Assembly (NCBI GenBank): GCA_040954595.2
Contig: CM082588.2
Location: forward strand, 8,974,844 to 9,038,843
Source: Balanoglossus misakiensis
Taxonomy: Eukaryota > Animalia > Hemichordata
Length of the DNA stretch: 64,000 nucleotides
Direction: 5' to 3'
The first letter of the stretch is position 1. Each line of letters starts with the position of its first letter. Below, one piece after another: positions 37,937 through 48,965 of the stretch. Both the position numbers and the translations under genes were made by a program. Below the pieces are notes generated by a model. It was not told where the DNA came from and searched no databases. It worked only from the letters and a program-made list of their open reading frames with translations.

Positions 37937-40900
37937 TGCATACCCGCACCGTACACTGCAGACCCTTGACTACATAGCGGTTTTTCAAGCTACACTCTGA
38001 CGTCACCACAGAACAATAGTCAAACAAAAGGAATGCAGATAAACCAGTTCGGGACAATGAGGAGGGGGCAACTAATTGGTTATGTAACTCGACCAATCAA
38101 CTTGTCCACACCTTTTCTTCCCATCCGACCTGCCAGACGCAATACACAGTACTTGTGCAGGTGATATCTTGACCAAGCTAATTTGCTGATCAGCTCATCT
38201 GCTGTAGAGCTGGCCGGGTCCTTGTCTCACCCATAGAGGTACTTAGTACCTCCATGTCTCGCCCCAGACTTACTGAACTATAAGTTTAATATCACCAAAC
38301 AGACTTGTCCACGAAATTGATCATGTCAATGTGTGATTTATTCTAATTTATGTTGGAGAGTTCGATCGGTGTGTGCGGTGGAAGGAAATTATGGCAAGTT
38401 TTCTCTGCATCTAAACTTGATTGGAAGCAATAGGTTCTCTTTGTAATTGAGTGTATTCAGTCATCTGTTAAGATTCGATTGAAAGTTCGCTGAAGGGAAT
38501 TCGGCGTTGATCTCGCGTGATGTCTGTGTACTTTCCCTCTGAGCGAGAGAGGGACTATGCTCTGTCCCCGGCGCAGTCACTCAAAAACCCCGTATCCAAT
38601 TACACAAGCGATGTTTACACGAATCACCTAGGAGGGCACACACATAACGGTAAATGAAAAACCGCCGAGATATTTGCCTTGGCGATTACATTGATTGAAA
38701 TAAATCCCCTACGACAAAGAAAAGGATAATGCCAGCCTAACTCTGAGAATTGATCGCCAACGTCCGGTATTGACAATGTATTCAAAGAACGCTTGGCACC
38801 TCGTAATGTGTCATCGATAAATTTTCAAAAGCGGTAAACTTGTCAAATGCGCACATCACCACTAAATGACTGTGAGGCCTGCTTCACAGTGTTTCGAACG
38901 GCATCCATCACGCCAGCACGGGCACTCTGAAGGAGACGGAGTGCTAAATTAGACAGTGCGCTAAGAGTAAAAGTGTGAAATTAAAAATACCCGATTCAAT
39001 GGAGCTGCAAATACATGTACAGCACTTATTAAGGCTTATTTTGGAAACCCAACCAAGTCTCTCCTAACTGGCAGCATTTTGATAGTTACGCTCCGTAGAC
39101 TGAATGTAAATTCACCGGTTTTCTGAACGGTCGGTGACAATAATTTACATTATTGGGCACATGGAAACACACGAATGACTTTTCACTATTCATGTTATTC
39201 GTAACGGGCCTTTGACATGTTTTGTTTTGGTATTCACAACGAGCCGTGTAGTAAACTTGGCAACAACAATGTTTGTTAGGTCACAGTGTCAACAATGAGT
39301 CAAGTCAACAGATGTTTGCCACGTGCGCCCTCTGTCGGCGTTCCCGATCCACCCCCTCTTTACATGCAGCCACTTTTCGCTAGATTTTCAGTATTTTTGC
39401 ATTTTGTATCTACTGCAGTGTCTTGTTCGAATTCTTGAAACATGCCCAACATTTAGCTTATCACCACAACATATACTATCTGTATAGTCAGCATTTTTAT
39501 TGTGCAAAATTTATACCAATGGCAGTTACACACATATAGGGTATGTTGACAAGTGGAATACTGGGTATATTAGAATGCTGTCTGGAGTAGAACACGAAAT
39601 TGTATTTAATATAAAGAGCAAAAATACTGGGAAAAGCCAAAACATGCAGCTAATGTCCCTTTAATTTAACAAACAATGTGGATAACGATTCAACAGGGAG
39701 ACTCAGTATTTGAAGACCCCCGATGACTTGCAATCTCGTGTATGCTGATGACCGTTGTTAATTCAGGTGATTCAATGATACAGCATTCAGTGTTTATTTA
39801 TTATTACCACTCCATTAAAGCCTCAAGAGCTGCCAAATTTCACATATATTTCCACAATAAAATTATACTTCTAGTCTTCTCCCTATCGTTTAAAATCCTT
39901 TCCATTAAATCATATTACTTGCGTTTGCATCAGATTGTCATCTCATGGCGACGCATACCGCGATAGCTGTGTACTGTTTGTATGGCGGCTGATTAAATTG
40001 GAGTGGTACCCCGGGTAAATATATAATGTGTTCAAATTGCAACATGCAGCCCGTGCCAATAGCGGGGCATTGACGAGATGTTCATGTATACCTATCAGTA
40101 AGCTTCATGAAAATAATGCCAAATGTAGCAGCTCTAGAGGCTTTAAGATTTTGAAATATATGCCCAGAGACTCATCATCTAGACGAGTTGACTTTATACA
40201 GACAAATCTCTCAAGATTGAGAATTTTCTTGGCATTGTAAATAACAATAGCAGATCACACTTCAGTGGATCCAATTAAGTTCCCTCTTTGATCTGGAGAT
40301 TGACATTTAACATTTAATCGGTTTCAGTGAAGTGCTCATGTTTTTTTTGAATATCATTACATTATAGTTTATTAGTTTTAAAGGAGTTTCATCGATTTTC
40401 AAGGTCGATTACATCATGGAAATGGAAAGAGTTGAAATTATTTGTAAATTTCTTAGTGCATAATTCCTTTTGAATAAATATTCACTTAAATTTCTTTTGA
40501 CAAACGTGAGTGGTACTGTCTAAGTACAGCCACAGTTATAACTTGTAGTGTTTAGTTTATCAGTAGGAACATGAGGTTTCCTAATTATTTGAAACTTGTT
40601 TCGCTTTTGCTTTACAAAGACTTCACCGTTTTCACCAGTCTGTACTCAGTTCTTGTGTTATCTGTGCGTGCATTCTTCGATATCAAATGACGTCAGACGC
40701 GTCCTGGCGCAGTTACGTTGACGGGCATGCGCAACTTCAGCAAAGTGGTGCAGACGACGACTGTGCAAACGCCATGAGGCTGGTGAGGCCCCATGCCCGA
40801 TAAATGTTACGTGTCTCGCGGTTCGTAAGTACAAATGCATAAACATACCCAGAGAAACTTTTACTGGATGCTAAAATATTTTGCCCGTTTCCTGGAAATG

Positions 40901-41139
40901 GCAATTCCGTTGGTTACATGGCTAGATCACGTGATTGATTACCCCCAAAAATATTCGGCTACATCATGTGGTTAATACACCGTACACAGCATGCACTACC
41001 GCCGGCTCTGAACTTTCTCGACTCCAAATCGAAATGACAGACGCCCGCTATCGACGTAAATCTGTCTGTCTGCTAACCACCCTCCGCATATATATAGTAA
41101 CCAATCCGTTTGTTTTGAGCACCGCATTTCTTGTCATTG

Positions 41140-44100
41140 TCACACCTCGGTTTCTTGAGACTGCACACAACCCTTAAGACATTTGCTACACTTCTTTCTG
41201 GCCAATGTCTGGTCTTCATTGACAAACTTGCGTACTCTGCTCTTCACTTTGTCTCGAACAAGATTGAGGGCGATAGACATTACCACAAGCCCCACCACAA
41301 TGTAACAGGACACAAAAGTTTGTCTAATGAAGATATCTTGCTGTGTTAATTTCCCAGGAACGTCATTTGGTGTCATGTCACCAAAGCCAACAGTTGTGAA
41401 GGTAATGACACTGAAGTAAATCGCGTCCAGATAGCGCCAATTCTTTTCAAAGAAGACCATGACACCAGATCCTGTTGCAATATACAGCAACAGCACGACG
41501 ATGATGAAATTGACCGGTGCATTTTCGGATGGATCGTTTCCTTCCAGATGTTCATCAACATTATTTAACGACGTTACAACTGCGTTTATTTCGTCAACCA
41601 TGGCAACCGACGTCCAACTCTTGACAATCTCACTTCTACAGTCAGAGATATCGTCCTTCGAAGTACTCTTGGTGACTGCAACTTTCGCGTTGCTGTCGCT
41701 AATAATAGAATTGTCTTTGAGGGAGGCGTCACTACCATGACAACTTGTGTCTCCACGCACCGGCAGTTTCAAAGCTTGTTGTTGTTGGTCTTGTGATCGG
41801 TTGCTGTGGCAACAATTGGTTGCCACGGATGATGGAGCACCGCGTCGCGTTCGACTCCGCAATTTTCTGAGTCTGCTGTAACTGTATGTTAATAGCCTGG
41901 CGACCACGTGACCTACTTTTGCGAGGAACACAACAAAGAGGGGAATGCCAATCAGAGCGTAGAATATGCAGGCGACACGACCGGCCGTCGTCACCGGAGC
42001 AATTGTACCATAACCTAAAATCGTAAGAGAGAATGCTATTAGTTTTCATCTCTGACACATAATCAAGAAATAAGACACAAATATTAAGGTTGTGTACAAT
42101 TAAATTCTGTATTCATCTTCCTTTGTTACTGTTCATGTAACCTTCTTGTGGCCGTCATGACGTCATCTTTGACCGTTCAAGACGTGATACCCATAGTTCC
42201 ATGATTTCTCACTATACGGATGCCACAAAATAAGCAGCCCGTGCATTTATACTTTTGAATGGGTATTTGCCTGAATTGGAATAGACAACCGCACATTGAC
42301 CTTAACCTCGCTCTTTAAAACCAAAAATGGGGCTTTAAATGGTCACATATTCTCCTCCCCCATTTACTCGTTTTCTATCCATATAAATAGTAAAATAGTG
42401 TTCATATTTTACCAGTTTGAATATATCATGGTATGTAGTCATTACACGCAGTCCTATACGTGATATTTTTATCTTTGAATCAACCTCTAGCAATGACCCG
42501 CATATGTGTGGTTGATGATTGTCAACATTTAAAAATATAACCCTGTTGCCATCTTTGCACATTATGTGCTGTTAGCAGTGTAGCAGACAGATATCAGTAT
42601 TTTGAAATTAGGACACGATGGAAGTAAGACGCGGTGAAATTGAGGCAGAGTGGAATTGAAATATGATTGGAACAAACGACCTGATCGTGACAATAAAACA
42701 ATTATAAATCAACGATTCGCCTAAACGGACAGGTTAATTTACAACCAATTATTAAAATTATGTAGTGTTTGGAATATAATCCGCGTGAGGATCGAAGTCC
42801 AAACACGACGACCATTGGCTGCAGGGCACTAGTCAACAATGGCAGATCTGGGCCTGCATCTTAATAATTACAAATATGCCAATTATCAGAACTATAGTGT
42901 GTTGGTCCCATACACCCAGATAATAAACTTAACTTCTCTGTCCAGAACATGTTCGATGACCGGTTCATTGTAACAACTCTCTGTGTAAGTATATATGGCA
43001 CATTTGGCATATGGCATATTTCATTCAATTTTTGGTTGTTCAACTCTTCGGCAAGCACGTTCCCGTCCAGCAGATACGTAAAGCGCGCAGGTGTAGCAAT
43101 TCTCTCGATCATTCGATAAGTCAAGATGCCAATTTTGAGTATCGCACTGAGAGTATATGTGAACTTAATCGGTTTTGTTTGGTTTCTTTGCACGTTTGTA
43201 ATCGTGAAATGAATGGATTACGTTATTTCGCTGCGTTTGTGTCTGCACGAACCAGTGGGTCTCTACTAGTGATCGTTGGAAATTCAGGTCACGTGGTCAA
43301 TAACCATCCAGCCGAGACGTAATCCAGGCGTTTATAAAGATACGTTGCATGTAATCCATATATTATTCATGAGTACGTCGTGATGTCTGGCCGGGCCCCG
43401 TTTGAGTGATGGACGTTTCATGTACATGTAATTGCAATATGAGCAAGATTGGAACTAGCCTGAAAATACTTCTTCTGAATCATTATTTTATGGAAAAAAC
43501 TGTAATTCTAATAGTCTGCTGAAAAGCGAACAGTTTGCAGAAATCTCAATGCAGTTCATAGAATTGAAACGGTTTCTCCGATATTTCTGGATATCTTATA
43601 ATAACAAACTAGTTTCAATTGTGTTTATGTTATCGGTAATTTAATCCAAGAAACACTGAGAATATAATAAGGTACAATGAAATCTGTCTGTAGGCCAGCC
43701 AAGGGACTTTCCTAAACTGGCCTTTATAGACAGGTGGCGTTTATAGACAATTAGGCCTAATGTACATGTAAATTGCAACGGGAGCGTAACAAAGTGTCCA
43801 CTATATAGAGGTGGCCACTAACACAGTTTTGACAGTCACTGTAAATGTATAAACAGAAACCAGCAATTCAATGAACTGTCGAGGCGGGCGGTTTCGAAAA
43901 TATCCGAATGTTTATCACATAGATTGGACTGCTGCACAGCACTGATCTGGGTATCAAAATAGGGGAAATTTTGCACTGCAATATTTTTTGGGGATGACGG
44001 TACAGAAAAGCTCGACTATACCCAGAAAACTTTAACGGTATGCAAGAACATTGCACGCATGCGCAGACAGTAATCCTAAGACTTGTTCGTGTTCAACATT

Positions 44101-45017
44101 TGTTGGTTTTTCCCATAACACTTTATCCCCCGCAAAAATCTGTGATGGCTAGATCTGAACGTTCCATGGTAATTGTGGCTAAATTTGAATACGTGACAAT
44201 GTACATTTACCCTTGAACCCTGGACAATACATCTACAAGCGTTAATAGGATATGAAATAGGATGCTTCCAGTGATATACCAGGTACCGTGCTTGCAAAAT
44301 AACACAAATCGATCTTATACATTTATATCCAATGACTCGGTGCGAAATAAACACGATTGGAACTATTTTGGGATACTTGCATGGTAATAAACTCGGTAAA
44401 ACTCTCATCACAGTACATTTAGCCTCCACAATCGACAGATTTATCATTTTGTTTTATTTTGTTTTGGTCAAACAATGACAGGGAAATACCACATTCTCCC
44501 CACATACAACGAATACTAATCGTTTTGTACGCATTTTGTGGGTATGCAATTATCCCAAAATAGTTCCAATCGTGTTAATATGAAAATTAGTAAACGTGAG
44601 TTTCCTACCGATTGTACTAATGACTGTCAAACAAAAGAAGCAAGCGGACCAATAATTCCATTCCTGTTGCTTGCCGAGTTTTAATCCTTCTTCTATCAAT
44701 CTACTATTCTGGCTGTTGAAATGTTCCAATATTTTCGTGGAGCGGATTGTCCAAGCCTCTTGTGTCAGATGATGGCTTGCGTTCCACAGATCATCGAGGA
44801 TGTCCTTGACAACCGTTGTCATGTTTGTGGTTGTTTCATTGGCTGTTTCTCCATCGTGTTCTCCCTCGAAATGCTCAAACATCATACCGCCCAGCATAAC
44901 ATAGGCCACGACGGCGATAAATAAAATTGTAGTGTTACGAATGCTTCGTCTGAAAACGTTGAACCGGCAAGCCACCTCCCGCACTTTGGCGACGTGTTTA
45001 TCCGTTGAACTGTTCAT
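41140..45017 (-). CDS. Two-pore-domain potassium channel (K2P, TWK/KCNK18-like), tandem paralog, 2 exons, ~427 aa
   Basis: Exon 1 45017-44609 (YVMLGGMMFEHFE, WNYWSACFFCLTVISTI G|gtagg); exon 2 42014-41140 (GYGTIAPVT, YALIGIPL, P2 FTTVGFGD). Same intron position as the neighbouring paralog. Confidence 0.92.
43674..43836. mobile_element. Degenerate Tc1/mariner (pogo-like) MITE
   Basis: TACAATGAAATCTGTC...TATAGACAGGTGGC...TATAGAGGTGGCC...ACAGTTTTGACAGT, with internal subterminal repeats. Confidence 0.45.
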
Positions 45018-46884
45018 TACGCCGACGGAGCTAAAAGCGAATATTAAATCGAATGGTCGGAAATAATGGCGTGACGATACAGACAGCGGTGATGCTGGTA
45101 GGACACTAACATCGACCACCGTTTAAATTTACGGCCCACATAACATGTGATATGTTTTAATGAGATTTTAAATATTTAATGAGGAATTGAAGTTACTTGC
45201 AGTCAGACCGACCGACCGATATCGAGAGAGAGACAGACAGACAGTTCATCACTTGCATACCAGCAATGGCCAAACATTTTGCATTTCGAATACACTGCAT
45301 GAACATCGTGAATTCGTGAATAAACATGACGAAATAAAGACACATTCACTGGGTACAGACAATGTACAAACAAACAATGTCACATGTGAATCGTGGATGT
45401 TTTGAGTAGACTGTCTGGGTGAATGAGCGGCCTGGCTTCTCAGTCTCTGCCGTATCGCCAAAGTCTGGAATATACGTAGAGTAATTAAAATTATACAGTG
45501 ATTTCGTAGGAAATATATATCATACTAAAGCAAAATATTAACCCGACCCTCGGTAAAAAACAAATATATCGATGCACGACCAACTCACAAATATATCGAT
45601 ATTCCAGGCTACTTGATTGAGACGTTCCTGACATTTGTGTGTGGAATTTTTCAAGTCGTCCATTTAATTAATATCCATCAGTTCAATTAGCTGTTTGACC
45701 CTCAATGGGACTCTAAACAGTTCAGATTTGATAAATACACATAAACACCCAAGATCAAACTCCAGAAAAAATCATGATTCAAATGAAAGTGTGTGTGTGC
45801 CACCTCATGTGCACGTGGAATGCAAATGGCCGGCAACAGACCTGACTCCTGTATACCATAGTTTAAGAAAATGTGAGGTACGAAATCAATAAATATAATC
45901 ATGTCAATAAATTTTAGTAAAAATGCAATAAATATGGCAACGGTCTTTATATAAACTATTCATTAATTTCTTTAATGAGTGGGCCAGGGTCATTTTAGGT
46001 GCAGAGTTTTGTCGGATAGAAATTGAACAAGACCAGACAAAGGTTGACTTACCAGGGTAGATGAATTATTAATAGAAACAATCGTTAAATAAATAATATC
46101 TTGAATATAGTGAATATAATTCATACTTGACGTTATTCATCGCCACATTCCTCCTGTCAATAATCCGGATAATAGATGGATTTCTTGGGCGAGGAATGTA
46201 GCAGTGCATATCGTAACGTTGATTAGCAGTCTTCACTGTAATGAAGACATCATTTATTAAAAAATAAGGTCAAGTTAATCTTTCTGCCGTACATAATGCA
46301 TAAATAACGGTTTTATTGACACATGTCGGAGATCTCGTACATACGATGGTTATGTAGTCATGTAGTAGTCCACTGTAAAACTATAGTATACTGTATAACT
46401 AAGTGAGCCGGGACACTCCCAGTTTTCTGAAATGAGCCGGCAAAAGTTCACGACCGCGATTTCTGTTAATAGTTAACATAGCCTAGGCTATATCTCGGAA
46501 ACAATGACGGACTTACCATACATACTACATCATACTATGTTATTTCATCCCACGCTGTATTCCGTATTCTTGATTGACTGAGACCATACCATGTGACGTG
46601 ACATAGGACAAAACGTGGTATTACATGGCTGGCAGAGTCTACGGCCCGTAGTAGCTAGGGGATACGGGCCGGGGATACGGCGCGCAGTGAGGCGGTATGG
46701 CCCGCTGGGGACAGTTTTTAGGTTCTGCGCTAGACTTGCTCCAAGTCTAAGAGCTTCATTATTTCATATTAAATACATATAAAAAACTTTTTTCCGAGTC
46801 ACGTAGCGTGTGTGGACTCCGGCAATGCTTGTTCGACGCTACTTTAATGCTGAATGTTGTTTCTAATGTTCGGTGTAATAAAAT

Positions 46885-47125
46885 TAAAGGGAAGGGGTCG
46901 TCGCGCCGCGTGGGTGTCCCCCTTGACGAGAATTTGTCCTTTCATACCAGCGCAAACCCCACTGCAGTTGCCACAACCTACTGGGATCTTCAGTTGCTGT
47001 CATGCCCCGTCTACGCTCCGGTTGGCTGCTTCGTTCATTCTGAGAATGATCTAATTTCAGGGATTTGTGGATGAATTGTAATGTTTATAAACAAACAAAC
47101 GCGGCGCGACGACCCCTTCACTTTA
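46885..47125. mobile_element. MITE
   Basis: TAAAG(G/T)GAAGGGGTCGTCGCGCCGCGT is inverted at 47099-47125. Confidence 0.75.
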
Positions 47126-47436
47126 ATAATACATGATACTCTGACAACATCATGATCTTTAGCCTGCTCTCGGGCTGGCGCTCTCTCTTAGGCTTTTAAG
47201 ACGGACCTATAATGTAACTTTTTGTGTCTGTCTCTCTGCCAGTCTGTCTTACTGCCTGTCATTCACTGAATAGGTTTGGTTTTACTCATATCCGGACACC
47301 AAATGCGGAAACGAAAGTAAAATAACATACGAGTTTCAATTGGTCCAGAATAACTGTTGAGCAATGCAGTAAATGACGAAGCCATGAAGTAATTCGTTGA
47401 ATGCAGCTCATTATTTCGTCGACGTCCAAACGAGCT

Positions 47437-48853
47437 ATGAAGATGGACATCTTATTTCCTCCTCTCAAAATGACCCTTTACTACTCAATAATCGGCCTGC
47501 TCATGTGCTGTACAGCCTTGCCCAATGAATTACTCACACATTCTTCGGGTAAGTTTACTACTCTTCTTGTTTGCAAATCATGGACTGTTAGATGTCCGAA
47601 GTGCACGAGTTCTTGTGGTGTCGCCACGCATGCTAAAAGTGACCGACGAATTTCTCATCTATCGCGTACCCTAGATGCCAGATAACCATTGCGAATCTGT
47701 CGCTATGTCCGACTCGACTGTATACCGGAAGTGCAGTATTTGAAAAAAGTCGCTCACGAAATACCACTGTCTGTTCTTTTGTTGACAACTGCAGGGCACT
47801 TTCAAGTAGTACTATTTTAAACAAATGCGATTTGATACAAGACTCGTCGCGTCGCTCAAATGCCGCACTTCCGGTCACCAGATTCGCAATGGGTGCATTC
47901 TATGATGTTTCCCACGACTGAATATAAATATACTTCTTTCCTCTAGTCATTTCTTGCCGTTGTTATGCCAAATAAAAAATATGTGCTGTTCCGATCACCC
48001 GACCTACCCTGATTTTAGCCCGCCTACTCTAAACTTTTTAGAGCTTCCTAAACCGAAAGTAAAAAAAAAATAACGATGTCGAATATACAAAATTGATGAA
48101 AATTGCGAGAATCACGCAAGAATTATGACGTCATTCTTCTACACTACAGCGTCTAGAGATATAATAAAGTTGCAAAGAAAAAAAAATCCCTACCTACCTA
48201 CCCTTTTTTGAAAACCATGTAATCGGAACAGCACAGATAATTGTTTGGCCTAAGTACCGACTTTCACTTTCTGATTTGTTTTCTAACGGCTCAGATGTTA
48301 AATGTCGTCGCCATTACCGGTTGTTAATTGGTAGAGTTGACATTTCAGAGCCCTCTGAGTCAGAGCCTTCAGAGCTCTGTGAAGTTTCAGAACAACAGAA
48401 CCCGGACCTCAAAAATTGTTTTACTTCAGATATAACCCCAAAATTTACCCGTATAATTAAATATGACGATTACAAATTTTGTAATGTTGCCAAAAGGGCT
48501 CTGACTCAGAGCTAGGGCTCTGAAAAGTCAACTCTGCCGGGCCTTATGTGTTATTTCCCAATCAGCTTTCTGTCGTCAACTCAGTTACGTGATTTAACTC
48601 TTACCTCTGATAAAATTTGCACCCCCCCCCCCCCCAAAAAAAAACACCCACCTCCGACGCCCAAATTTCCCCTCAAAGTGCCCCGCTTCCATTAAAAACC
48701 CGATAAATCCGCTGAAGGTCCGTATGCTAGTAAATTTACTAGCATACGGATGGGACCTTTGACACAAGCCACTTCTTGTGTTAGCTGCTCGATCGCGCGA
48801 CCGGGCGGCTCAATTCAAGATCCCGCGTTGTTTATCATGATGCGGTTGATATT

Positions 48854-48900
<47 letters not shown>

Positions 48901-48928
48901 CTTTCTTTCTTTCTTTTTTTCTTTCTTT

Positions 48929-48965
<37 letters not shown>

